Shown piece by piece: positions 19,225 to 28,731 of a stretch of DNA of 64,000 bases. The notes under the pieces were generated by a model, which saw only the letters and a program-made list of their open reading frames with translations, was not told where the DNA came from and searched no databases. Every line of letters begins with the position of its first letter. The stretch's first letter is position 1. The position numbers and the translations under genes were made by a program. Origin of the DNA: Dehalococcoidia bacterium (GTDB taxonomy: Bacteria > Chloroflexota > Dehalococcoidia > Plut-88900); the NCBI GenBank assembly GCA_965249275.1, contig CBDFLQ010000005.1, forward strand, positions 640,001 through 704,000. Reading direction: 5' to 3'.

Positions 19225-20424
19225 TTGATTACATCACGGCTTCCTAACATCACTTATAAGGGCATACCGGTCTGGCGGCACGCCCAGGTAATCCAGTGGG
19301 TCGCACAGATCGTTTCGGGGATCCTGGTGGTTGTCCTGGTCGTATGGTTCTTTGCGAATATAGCGAACGCGATACGGGACCGGGACATACCTTTTGGCTT
19401 TGGATTTCTGGGACGGGCGTACCAGACTCCCATAGGTCAGCATTTCCTGCCTTTTGAGTCGTCTGATTCGTTCCTCTATGCGATGGTTGTTGGGGCGACG
19501 AATACGATTTTCGTCTCGGTGATAGGGGTAATTGCGGCGACGGCGCTTGGGGTATTCATTGGCGTGTCTCGCCTATCCGGCAACTGGCTGGTATCGAAAA
19601 TCGCCCTGGTCTATATCGAATTCTTCCGCAACGTGCCGCTTCTGATTCAGCTTTTCTTCTGGTTTTACATAGTGTTGGCGTTGCCACCCGTGAGAGAGGG
19701 TTATGTTATAGCCGACCGGTTGTACTTGAACAATGCTGGGGTGTCCGTACCCATTCCAACCGGGGACGGGGTAGCTCAGGGACTGATTTGGCTAGTATCT
19801 GCGGCTGTGGCCATAGCTGTGGGCGTGCTGGCGCACAAAGCAATGGCCAGGCGGGAAGAACAGACAGGGTCAACGTCCTATCCAATTTTGACAGGTGTGG
19901 GTTCTACCGTTCTGGTTGGCCTTGTTGGGTGGTTCATCATCACGGCGATAAACGGAGGATTCCCACTTACCATTACGACGCCGGCTCCGCATGGGACTTT
20001 TGGGAGGCTAGAGGGTGGCTTCGAACTATCGGGTGGACTGATGGCCTTGCTGCTCGGACTGGTGATGTACACTGCGGCATTCATTGCAGAGATCGTGAGG
20101 GCGGGGATACAGTCGGTGGGGAAGGGGCAGACGGAGGCTTCACGGTCCTTGGGACTATCGGGGATGGGGACTATAAGAAGCGTAACCTTTCCCCAAGCTC
20201 TCCGAGTCATTGTGCCTCCGACCATCAGCCAGTATTTGAATCTGACTAAGAACAGCAGCCTTGCGGCGGCGATCGGCTACAGCGAACTCACGAACGTGGC
20301 CAAGACGATGACGCAGACGGCGCCTGCGGTGTCGATATTCATATTGGTGATGGCGGCCTATCTTGCCATGAGCTTGACCTACTCTCTGATAGGGAACTTC
20401 TATAACCGGCGGATAGCCTTTTGA
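19225..20424 (+). CDS. Amino acid ABC permease (AapQ-like)
   Basis: YIEFFRNVPLL, AEIVRAGI..GQTEA, KNSSL. Confidence 0.92.
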   Translation: MITSRLPNITYKGIPVWRHAQVIQWVAQIVSGILVVVLVVWFFANIANAIRDRDIPFGFGFLGRAYQTPIGQHFLPFESSDSFLYAMVVGATNTIFVSVIGVIAATALGVFIGVSRLSGNWLVSKIALVYIEFFRNVPLLIQLFFWFYIVLALPPVREGYVIADRLYLNNAGVSVPIPTGDGVAQGLIWLVSAAVAIAVGVLAHKAMARREEQTGSTSYPILTGVGSTVLVGLVGWFIITAINGGFPLTITTPAPHGTFGRLEGGFELSGGLMALLLGLVMYTAAFIAEIVRAGIQSVGKGQTEASRSLGLSGMGTIRSVTFPQALRVIVPPTISQYLNLTKNSSLAAAIGYSELTNVAKTMTQTAPAVSIFILVMAAYLAMSLTYSLIGNFYNRRIAF

Positions 20425-20451
20425 AGAAGACGTGTGACATAAAGCAGCGAG

Positions 20452-21702
20452 ATGGCAACGAACTCTAATTTAGGTGGTCCGCCGTCTCTGCCTCCGCCTC
20501 TATTGAATAGAGGGGTGGTGGGATGGGCGCGCGAAAACCTCTTCAGCGCGTGGTACCACGCGCTGTTGACAGTAGTGACCGCCTGCCTGGTGCTCACAGG
20601 CCTATGGTATGGGCTGGGCTGGATCTTGCTGGATGCACAGTGGGGAGTGATACCGACCCTAGGGGGGCGGCTCGTCATCGGCCCGTACAACATCGAAGCG
20701 GCGTGTGAAGGGCAAAACTGCTTCTGGAGACCTCAGGCCGGCCTAATGCTGGTCATGATGCTGGCCGGGTTGGCATGGGCAACTGCAGGAGGAGGACTGA
20801 CGAAGCGAATCGTAATCATTGTGACTACCGCGCTGGTGGTATTCGCGTTCTTGCCTTATAACCTGGACCGGTTGGACCTCGATGTCCGGTTGCTTCTCCT
20901 GGCCAATGTGCCTGCAGTGGCAATCGGGTGGGCACTGGGTCGGTACACGCGTCTGGGGACATCGAAGGGAATCATCTTACTCGGCATTGCCTTCTTCGCG
21001 CTCATCCTGATTCTGTTCCGAGGAGTGCCGGGCATACCGGGGCTTCAGCCTGTCTCTGTAATCTATTGGGGCGGAATGATGCTGAACCTGCTGCTTGCGG
21101 TGGTGGGTATAGTGTTCAGTTTTCCGATAGGGATAGCGCTGGCGCTGGGTCGGCGGTCGAAGCTACCCGTGGTAAAGATTATCTGCGTGGCGTTCATAGA
21201 GGTTTTTCGGGGCGTGCCGCTAATAACGCTGTTGTTCATGTCGCAGGTGCTGGTGCCGTTGGCCTTCCCCCAGGACTTTCCTGTAAACAGCCTATTGCGT
21301 GCCGCTATTATCATTACGTTGTTCAGTTCGGCTTACACTGCCGAGAACATACGGGGCGGACTACAGGCACTGCACCCAGGCCAGGCGGAAGCGGCGAGGG
21401 CGTTGGGCCTTGCAAGCTGGCAGACGATGATTTCCATTTCCCTGCCACAGGCCATCCGGAACGTGATACCTGCGATTGTCGGGCAGTTCATCGCCCTGTT
21501 CAAGGACACGACACTGGTCACGATAATAGGGATGTTAGACATACTGGAGTTCAGCAGGGCGTTCATACAGGGGAACCCGCAATACTTATCAAACCAAAAA
21601 GAGCTGTTTGTATTCCTAGCCTTCTCATTTTGGATATTCACATTCGGGATGTCCTACGTTAGCCGCCATGTCGAACGGCATCTAGGCGTGGGAGAGAATT
21701 AG
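20452..21702 (+). CDS. Amino acid ABC permease (AapM-like)
   Basis: LALGRRS, RGVPLI, AENIRGGL..GQAEAA, FKDTTL. Confidence 0.92.
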   Translation: MATNSNLGGPPSLPPPLLNRGVVGWARENLFSAWYHALLTVVTACLVLTGLWYGLGWILLDAQWGVIPTLGGRLVIGPYNIEAACEGQNCFWRPQAGLMLVMMLAGLAWATAGGGLTKRIVIIVTTALVVFAFLPYNLDRLDLDVRLLLLANVPAVAIGWALGRYTRLGTSKGIILLGIAFFALILILFRGVPGIPGLQPVSVIYWGGMMLNLLLAVVGIVFSFPIGIALALGRRSKLPVVKIICVAFIEVFRGVPLITLLFMSQVLVPLAFPQDFPVNSLLRAAIIITLFSSAYTAENIRGGLQALHPGQAEAARALGLASWQTMISISLPQAIRNVIPAIVGQFIALFKDTTLVTIIGMLDILEFSRAFIQGNPQYLSNQKELFVFLAFSFWIFTFGMSYVSRHVERHLGVGEN

Positions 21703-21726
21703 GCGAGAGATAGTCGAGGGTTGGAT

Positions 21727-22485
21727 ATGACTTCCACAGAAAGCAAGAACAGCTCCGAGGACATAATCATCTGCCGAGACGTGCATAAGTGGTACGGGGA
21801 GTTCCACGCGCTACGGGGGGTGACGACGACGATCAAGAAAGGGGAGGTTGTGGTGGTGTTCGGGCCATCGGGGTCAGGGAAATCGACGTTCATCCGCACA
21901 ATCAACAGGCTGGAGGAGCATCAAAGGGGACAGATAATAGTCGACGGCATTGAGATGTCGGACGACGTGCGTAATATCGACGCCATTCGCCGGGACGTGG
22001 GGATGGTGTTCCAGTCTTTCAACCTGTTTCCGCACCTGACAATCATGCAGAACATAACCCTGGCCCCGACTAAAGTTCGAAAGTTACCGGCGTCGGAGGC
22101 GGAAAAGATCGCGATGGAGCTGTTGGAGAGGGTCGGGATCCCGGACCAGGCAGACAAGTACCCCAAGGAGTTATCTGGAGGGCAGCAGCAGCGGGTGGCG
22201 ATAGCTCGGGCCCTGGCTATGAAGCCGAACATCATGCTGTTCGACGAGCCGACGTCGGCGCTGGACCCGGAGATGATCAAGGAAGTGCTTGACGTGATGA
22301 AGGAGCTGGCGGAGTCGGGGATGACGATGATTGTCGTGTCCCACGAAATGGGCTTTGCGCGAGAGGTGGCGAACCGGATGATGATGTTCGACGAGGGGAT
22401 GATCGTGGAGGAAGGGACGCCACATCAAATCTTCGAAGATCCGCAGAGCGACCGGACTAAGCTTTTCTTGTCGCAGATTCTCTAG
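21727..22485 (+). CDS. Amino acid ABC ATP-binding protein (AapP/GlnQ-like)
   Basis: [28 protein letters not shown]. Confidence 0.95.
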   Translation: MTSTESKNSSEDIIICRDVHKWYGEFHALRGVTTTIKKGEVVVVFGPSGSGKSTFIRTINRLEEHQRGQIIVDGIEMSDDVRNIDAIRRDVGMVFQSFNLFPHLTIMQNITLAPTKVRKLPASEAEKIAMELLERVGIPDQADKYPKELSGGQQQRVAIARALAMKPNIMLFDEPTSALDPEMIKEVLDVMKELAESGMTMIVVSHEMGFAREVANRMMMFDEGMIVEEGTPHQIFEDPQSDRTKLFLSQIL

Positions 22486-22542
22486 CAGCTTCAATCTGTC
22501 CTATAATAAACAGGTGTACGCTGACCGCAGGAGCATCTTGTC

Positions 22543-22830
22543 GTGACCCAAGCCGAACCTAGAGTATGGACTGTAACTGAGGCCAAAGCCCGTCTGTCGG
22601 AGATCCTGCGCCTTTCCGAAGAGGAGGGGCCGCAACGTATTGGGACGCGGAAGTCCTTCGTAGTTGTTCCCGAGAGTGTATGGCAGGGTCACGATTCTCC
22701 TCCCAAGGCTGACGCCTTGCCGCGCAAGCCTCTTGGACAGTGGCTTGTTGAAAACCTGCCTTGCGGGGTCGAACTCGAACTTCCTAACCGTAAGGAAACT
22801 GGCCGGCCGATTCCCTTTGTAGACTACTAA
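22543..22830 (+). CDS. Phd/YefM-type antitoxin
   Basis: WTVTEAKARLSEIL..GPQRI; coupled to the PIN gene by TAATG. Confidence 0.82.
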   Translation: MTQAEPRVWTVTEAKARLSEILRLSEEEGPQRIGTRKSFVVVPESVWQGHDSPPKADALPRKPLGQWLVENLPCGVELELPNRKETGRPIPFVDY

Positions 22831-23249
22831 TGAGCGGATACCTCCTGGACACAAATGTTGTGTCTGAGGTGATACGAGTTGTTCCGAACCCTAGTGTGTA
22901 CACATTTTTCGTTGAGCAAGACGACCTATGGCTATCATCCGTTGTCATCCACGAACTTGAGTATGGAGTGCAGCGCTTGGCGGAGGGTCGGCGGAGGACA
23001 GATCTGCGTGCAAATCTATCTCATCTGACAACCGAATACGGAAATCGGATCTTGACATTGGATCGCGATGGGGCGGAATTGGCAGCGAGATTTAGGGTGG
23101 ATTCTGAGCGATCCGGCTACGCCCTCGGCTTGGCGGATGCGTTGATTGCCGGCATTGCCAAGGCCAACGACCTGATAGTCGCAACCAGAAATGTGTCTGA
23201 TTTCCGATCGATCGACATCGAAGTCTTCAATCCTTGGGAGACTTCTTAG
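22830..23249 (+). CDS. VapC PIN-domain toxin
   Basis: LLDTNVVSE, DALIA, ATRNVSDF, NPW. Confidence 0.92.
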   Translation: MSGYLLDTNVVSEVIRVVPNPSVYTFFVEQDDLWLSSVVIHELEYGVQRLAEGRRRTDLRANLSHLTTEYGNRILTLDRDGAELAARFRVDSERSGYALGLADALIAGIAKANDLIVATRNVSDFRSIDIEVFNPWETS

Positions 23250-24285
23250 TCAGCCTCGCTCTTGCTAGCCGAGCTCCTTCCACCATAGCCCTCAATTTAC
23301 TCCTGGCTGATGAGCCGCTTATTGGAACGAGCCCGCAGTCGGGGGCGGCTTTCAGTTTTTCTGCGGGATGGCACTCGGCCGCTTCCAGGAGTCGGTTGGC
23401 TATTCGATCCGCATCTTCCACCTCTTCCGACGTGTTGGTTATGCACCCGAAGAGCACCGTCTTCGATGGGCACAGAGCCAGGAGATCCACGGAGAGAAAC
23501 GGGGCCTCGAATTCCAGGGCTAGCTGATTTATTGAAGAGCGCTCGAGGGCCGGGAGGATAGTCGGGTAGCTAGGCACTATGGGGCGGGGGACTCCGGGAA
23601 GGGGGTAGCTGTAGCACACGTGCACTGCGGTTTGAGCGTTCACCCCGTGTGCTGACCTGTCCAGGGCCTCGATACCCCAGGCAAGGACTTTATCCGGGTA
23701 TCGGCTGAAGACAGGTTCGTCGAACTGGATCACCGATGCGCCCTCCAACGCCAGGGCTTTCGCCTCCATGTGCAGTGCATCAGCGACGGCTATAGCCATG
23801 GATTCTTCGTTGCCGTAGAACTCGTCGAGGATGGAATCGCAGACGGTCATCGGGCCGGGGAGGGTTACCTTGACTGGTGTGCGAGAGTGTTTAATCGTGA
23901 AGCGCAGGTCATCGACCAGCATGGGGCCCGGCCAGGTGACGGGGCCGGTGCATCGGCCCACCTGGGCCAAGCGTCTGCCGCCTCTTACCCACTTCTCCCC
24001 AAATGTTTCGTAGTCGAACCCGTTTAGCCTTCGCACCACGTAGCTCAGGTAGGACTCGCGTCTCTGCTCGCCGTCGGTTATCTCGTCAAGACTGGCTGAC
24101 TCTTGCATCCCGATGGCAAGCCTAACGGCGTCGTCATGCGCCTCCCGAAGCTCTTTCCCAGAATAGGCCCACGTACCACCCTTTCCGTGCAGCCCTTTCA
24201 CTTCCGTAGAAAAGCCGGAAGAATCATAAAGCCAAGGCGGTTTAGGAAGGCTGCCAATGACAGTGGTCTGAAAGGGGATACTCAT
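23227..24285 (-). CDS. Cobalamin-independent methionine synthase II family (single-barrel MetE-like)
   Basis: TTVIGSLPKP, TDGEQRR, QFDEP, Zn ligands HVC/E/PDCG. Confidence 0.88.
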   Translation of the reverse strand: MSIPFQTTVIGSLPKPPWLYDSSGFSTEVKGLHGKGGTWAYSGKELREAHDDAVRLAIGMQESASLDEITDGEQRRESYLSYVVRRLNGFDYETFGEKWVRGGRRLAQVGRCTGPVTWPGPMLVDDLRFTIKHSRTPVKVTLPGPMTVCDSILDEFYGNEESMAIAVADALHMEAKALALEGASVIQFDEPVFSRYPDKVLAWGIEALDRSAHGVNAQTAVHVCYSYPLPGVPRPIVPSYPTILPALERSSINQLALEFEAPFLSVDLLALCPSKTVLFGCITNTSEEVEDADRIANRLLEAAECHPAEKLKAAPDCGLVPISGSSARSKLRAMVEGARLARARLTKKSPKD

Positions 24286-24369
24286 GCCGGCGAATATATC
24301 ACAGGGACGCAGTGGACCGGGCCTGCTTTGCCGGAGGGGACGAGGCTATAATTTGGGCGGAGACACGTA

Positions 24370-25083
24370 ATGAGAGACAAGGACGAAATACGGAAGGACG
24401 TTTGGCAGTCGATGAGGGACGCCGGTGTTGCTGCGTTTCCGGGGGCTGTGGGTCGGATACCAAACTTCACGGGCTCGGGGCGAGCACATCTGCAGCTTGC
24501 CGAGTTGGATGTGTGGAAGAACGCCCAGGTGATCAAGTCGAACCCCGACCTGCCGCAGAGGCCACTGAGAAGGCTCGCTCTGGAGCAGGGTAAGACCGTC
24601 TACATGGCCGTGCCCCGGCTCACGCAGGAAAAATGCTTTGTTGAGCTGGACCCGGCGCGTATCAGTGACTACCGGTTGGCGAGCAGCATCAAGGGCGCAG
24701 CACAGCTGGGCAGGTTGGTACACCCTGACGAGATGCGACCAATTGACCTGATTGTCTGCGGGTCGGTGGCGGTGAACAGGGAAGGGGCTCGGTTGGGGAA
24801 GGGAGGCGGGTTTTCGGACCTTGAATACGCTGTTGCCCTGACCCTCGGCCTGATATCTAAGAGTACGCCGATAGTCACTACCGTTCATCCTGTACAGCTT
24901 TTGTCGGAAGAGCTGCCCATGACTCCACACGACATATCTCTCGACTATATTGGCACGCCGGAGGAGTTGGTACGCTGTGATGGGGAGTTCCACAGACCCT
25001 TGGGGATCATTTGGGAGGACCTCGGAGAGAAACTGGACGAGGTGCCCATTCTTCAGGCACTGCGGGCAAGGGAGTTCAGGTAG
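24370..25083 (+). CDS. 5-formyltetrahydrofolate cyclo-ligase (MTHFS/MTHFSD-like)
   Basis: GRIPNF, GSVAV..GARLGKGGGFSDLEY, HD..LD. Confidence 0.88.
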   Translation: MRDKDEIRKDVWQSMRDAGVAAFPGAVGRIPNFTGSGRAHLQLAELDVWKNAQVIKSNPDLPQRPLRRLALEQGKTVYMAVPRLTQEKCFVELDPARISDYRLASSIKGAAQLGRLVHPDEMRPIDLIVCGSVAVNREGARLGKGGGFSDLEYAVALTLGLISKSTPIVTTVHPVQLLSEELPMTPHDISLDYIGTPEELVRCDGEFHRPLGIIWEDLGEKLDEVPILQALRAREFR

Positions 25084-25200
25084 TCTGCCTACGTCGCCCC
25101 TACGGGCTTGGGGTTATTAAGTCCTCCTGAGGCGGACCCTCCAAAGGCGGATGTTCCATCTTCGATTGGGGTTTGGGGGTTTGGTTTGGTTGTTGGGGGG

Positions 25201-25832
25201 TAGGCGATGGAAGGTCCGAGACTCGTGTGCGGGGAGGCGGGAGGCCAGCCTGCGATGACCCCACGTGTCTCTTAGCTAGGCGGACGAGGTGAGTGGGGTG
25301 TTCTCGTCCACAAGACGCTTGGCTCGACCATTCGGAGGAATGGGAGCACGAACCCGCTGCCGTCGTCTACCGAACGGAACTCTCGGATGGTGACGACGGT
25401 GGAGTCCCATAAGGGCTCGATGGCCCTTAGCAAGCCCTGCATAGGCGGGCTGTTATATTTCGCTGGGCTATGCGCATAGCGTTGACTCGAACACTCCGGG
25501 TGAATGGTGCGTCGAGTAGGCTGGTCCCGCACGCCTACATGTTGCTTAGAGTTGATGGACCTTCCATCGCCTGATGGTTGGGGGGGGGTGAGCCGGGGCC
25601 TTTAGGTGAGGAGATGGCGGCTTTCGCTTGAGCCTGGGAGCGGCTAACGCCGCTCTTTGGGATGGGCTGGGACGTTGAGTCCTCGGGGGCCGGGGATGGT
25701 GTTCCCCCTGGGTTGTGGTTCCTCCTTGGCCTTGGGGTGGGTAACTGGCCAGTCGGGGGTGAATATAGTACATGTGTTTTGCTTTGGTCAAGGGGTTCGT
25801 GTCACATTTTGCCAAGTGGAATCACCCTCACC
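25201..25832. ncRNA. Putative structured non-coding element, copy B (IR-closed domain 25202-25572 plus conserved leader/promoter)
   Basis: Perfect 16-bp IR AGGCGATGGAAGGTCC / GGACCTTCCATCGCCT; serial hairpins; flank homologous to 4541-4819. Confidence 0.55.
25762..25791 (-). promoter_or_regulatory. sigma70-type promoter with overlapping LexA-like box
   Basis: Minus strand TTGACC-18-TATATT containing AAAC-ACAT-GTAC. Confidence 0.55.
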
Positions 25833-25877
25833 AGCCTCAGGGATATATTGAGTCCCGCCCACCCGCCCTGTTTTATT

Positions 25878-25918
25878 GACATATCAGCCATGTTGCCCTG
25901 CAACATGGCTGATATGTC
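25878..25918. repeat. Perfect 19-bp inverted repeat with a 3-nt loop
   Basis: GACATATCAGCCATGTTGC-CCT-GCAACATGGCTGATATGTC. Confidence 0.9.
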
Positions 25919-26037
25919 GTTACCAAGGGGGAGGGGAAGGAAGGCGAGGAATGGTGTGAGAGGGCAAGTCCTAGATTCCTCGCGGGGCGTCGGAATGGTG
26001 GGGAGAGGGGGTTGGGTGGAGAGGTTGAGGGTGGCCG

Positions 26038-26378
26038 CGACGGATTGGCATAACGGGGTCGCCACCCCTCTCGACCCTTCGACGGTGCTCAGGGTGAGCG
26101 GCCCCACCCCAGGGATGGATTCCGGCTCTCGGCGGCCGGAATGACGGGAGAGAAAGGGGTATGGGGCTTTCTAGGGACGCGACGGATTGGCAGTGCGGGG
26201 CCGCCCCCCCGCTCGACCCTTCGACGGTGCTCCCGCCTCGGCGGATCTACGACAGGATGAGCGGCCCCTCTCCAAGGATGGATTCACGCCTCGGCGCACG
26301 CCACAGGCGCACCCTCCCGAGGCGGACGTTCCGCTTGCAGCATCTTCGACCGGCTCTCGGGGGCCGGAATGACGGGGG
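26038..26378 (+). repeat. Two tandem R2+R3 composite repeats: first empty, second with four micro-insertions
   Basis: GACGGATTGGCA..CCCTTCGACGGTGCTCAGGGTGAGCGGCCCC..GGATTCCGGCTCTCGG..GCCGGAATGAC present twice. Confidence 0.85.
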
Positions 26379-26492
26379 GAGGGGGTGGGGTTTATGGAAA
26401 GGTCTTAGTGTGTGGACGCCCTCAAGGGGGTATAATATTCTCGCTCCATAGTTCAAGGTTTCCAATTCACCCTTGACCACATATACAAACTT

Positions 26493-27602
26493 ATGGAACG
26501 CCCGATTTTCAAAGCACCCGGCACGCCAGTTGAAGAGCTGGACACGCCTGCCCTGATAATTGATCTCGATGCTCTGGACCAGAACATTGAGACGGTACAT
26601 TCCTTCTTTCGGGGGCAGGAAGCGGGGCTGAGGCCCCACGTCGAGGCGCACCGTTGTCCGGCAATAGCGAGCCTGCAATTGGCCTCGGAGGGGACGGTGG
26701 GGGGGATATCCGTCAACACGGTCGGACTGGCAGAGCATTTCGCCAACGCCGGTATCAAAGACATTTTCGTGGCCAACCCGATAGTAACCGGGCTGAAGAT
26801 CGAGAGGTTGTGCCGGCTGGCGCGACGCGCCTCGATAACCGTATTCGTGGATAACGCACGGAATGCCGAGGCCATCTCCAGCGCTGCATCGTCTCTCGGT
26901 GTCACCATTCGGGCGGTTGTGGGCATAGACACCGGTCTGCACGTCTGCGGAGTCGAGCCGGGGCACGCGGCACTCGACATTGCCCAGGCTGTTGAGCGGC
27001 TTGAGGGCCTTGCATTTGCCGGGTTTGCTACCTACGAGGGTCGGCTTTCATCCAATGACCCTGGCCAGCTAGCCGAGAAATCTCGGGACGTTGCCTCGAT
27101 GTTGGTTGATACCAAGAGGATGGCGGAGGGGTCGGGGCTGAACGTAGAGGTCCTTTCGGCGGGCGGGACGCATAATTACGAGATCATGGGCGCTGTCCCG
27201 GGCATCACCGAGGTTTGTGCGGGGGCCTACGCCCTGCTGGATTGCCGGTACGTGCCCCAACGACCCGAGCTCAGACCCGCGGCCCGGATCATGGCCACGG
27301 TAACCAGCCGCCCGGAGCCGGGCCTGGCCATAACTGACACCGGTCAGAAGGCGGTGGGAGCCGACACGGGCCTCGCCGCTTTGGATGTCGAGGTCAACGC
27401 AACCCTTAAATCGCTCAGCGCCGAGCACGGCAGCCTTACGCTCCACGATGATGAGGCTGAAAAGTTGCATATGGGCGACCACGTCTGGCTTGTCCCATCG
27501 GATATCGGGACGTGCGCGAACCTGTACGACTACATGCACGCGGTGAGGAACGGTAGACTGGAGACGGTCTGGCAGATCACGGGCCGAGGGCTTTACAGGT
27601 AA
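26493..27602 (+). CDS. D-threonine aldolase/DSD1-like fold-type III protein lacking the canonical PLP lysine
   Basis: LDTPALIIDL, DTGLHVCGV, SAGGT, DTGQK, LSAEHG; RPHVEAHR where the family has RPHxKTHK. Confidence 0.82.
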   Translation: MERPIFKAPGTPVEELDTPALIIDLDALDQNIETVHSFFRGQEAGLRPHVEAHRCPAIASLQLASEGTVGGISVNTVGLAEHFANAGIKDIFVANPIVTGLKIERLCRLARRASITVFVDNARNAEAISSAASSLGVTIRAVVGIDTGLHVCGVEPGHAALDIAQAVERLEGLAFAGFATYEGRLSSNDPGQLAEKSRDVASMLVDTKRMAEGSGLNVEVLSAGGTHNYEIMGAVPGITEVCAGAYALLDCRYVPQRPELRPAARIMATVTSRPEPGLAITDTGQKAVGADTGLAALDVEVNATLKSLSAEHGSLTLHDDEAEKLHMGDHVWLVPSDIGTCANLYDYMHAVRNGRLETVWQITGRGLYR

Positions 27603-27626
27603 GCCCTGGCCTCACGGAGGTATATC

Positions 27627-28727
27627 TTGGAGAACTACAGACCCGCGGTAGGCACTTCGATTCAAGAGCTCGACACGCCATGCCTTCTGATCGATATGGA
27701 GGCCCTGGAGCATAACTACCGCTTCGTTGCCGAGACCTACAAGGACTCCCAGTGCAAGATGCGGGCCCACGTGAAGAACACCAAGAGCCCGATCGTGGCA
27801 CATTTGCAGATCCGGGAGGGTGGCACGGTCGGTGGGGTCTGCACGGCCAAGGTTGCCGAGGCGGAGGTTATGACGGAAGGCGGAATAGAAGATATTCTCA
27901 TTCCGAACCAGGTGATCACCGATGACAAGATCACCCGCCTGTGCTCCGTAGCCGAACGGGCCAAGGTTACGGTTGGAATAGATAACGCGGAGAACGTTCG
28001 GAATCTATCTCGGATAGCCTCCGAGCGGGGCGTCAACATCGGGGTGGTGATTGAAGTCGACACGTCGATGGGACGGGCAGGTATACGGAACAAGGAGCAG
28101 GGCGTCGAGCTGGCCAAGCTTGCCCACTCGCTGCCGGGGGTCGATTTCAAGGGAGTGATGAGTCACCAGACCCTGGACGGCTCACCCGACAGGGAGACCC
28201 GCTACATCTGGGGCCGCAAATACATCCAGCAGTGCCTCGACGTGAAGGATGCGATAGAAGCCGAGGGCATTCCCGTAGAGGTTGTGTCATCGGGGGAGAC
28301 CTTCACCATCGACGTTGCCGCCACCATTCCCGGCGTCACGGAGGTCGAAGGGGGTACGTATGCCCTGATGTCCCACAACTTCGACTATATGGACGACCTT
28401 CGCTACGCTGCAAAAATCCTGTGCACGGTTGTCAGCGCTCCGAGACCCGGGATAGTCGTGGCGGATGTCGGGTCACGGGCGCTTGCTTCGCCGGGAGGAG
28501 TCAAGCCCTTCGTCGAAGACATGCCGTATCTGACTGCTGAAGCACTGCACGAGGAGCACATAGTCTTCAAGTGCGACGGAGGCCCGACGCCGGAGGTCGG
28601 GGATAAGTTGGCGCTCATCAGCGGGCAGCAGGACATGTTGACCAATCGCTGGGACCAGTACGTCGCCGTGCGGGATGGCTCAGTGGAAGCCGTCTGGGAC
28701 ATCACGGCCAGAGGCTGCCACAACTAG
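27627..28727 (+). CDS. D-threonine aldolase/DSD1-like PLP enzyme
   Basis: LDTPCLLID, RAHVKNTK (Lys kept), EVDTSMGRAG, EEH; TTG start with GGAGG. Confidence 0.85.
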   Translation: MENYRPAVGTSIQELDTPCLLIDMEALEHNYRFVAETYKDSQCKMRAHVKNTKSPIVAHLQIREGGTVGGVCTAKVAEAEVMTEGGIEDILIPNQVITDDKITRLCSVAERAKVTVGIDNAENVRNLSRIASERGVNIGVVIEVDTSMGRAGIRNKEQGVELAKLAHSLPGVDFKGVMSHQTLDGSPDRETRYIWGRKYIQQCLDVKDAIEAEGIPVEVVSSGETFTIDVAATIPGVTEVEGGTYALMSHNFDYMDDLRYAAKILCTVVSAPRPGIVVADVGSRALASPGGVKPFVEDMPYLTAEALHEEHIVFKCDGGPTPEVGDKLALISGQQDMLTNRWDQYVAVRDGSVEAVWDITARGCHN

Positions 28728-28731
28728 CACG

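Noticed and set aside
25225-25556. GTGCG suggesting a group II intron 5' end; IR suggesting retron a1/a2
   Set aside because: No domain V motif, GTGCG is not at this position in copy A, and there is no RT gene in the window.
25546-25815. 89-aa ORF across the conserved leader
   Set aside because: It spans the predicted promoter, and copy A differs by non-triplet indels.
26038-26378. Possible CRISPR array
   Set aside because: Only two composite units, no regular repeat-spacer period and no cas genes.
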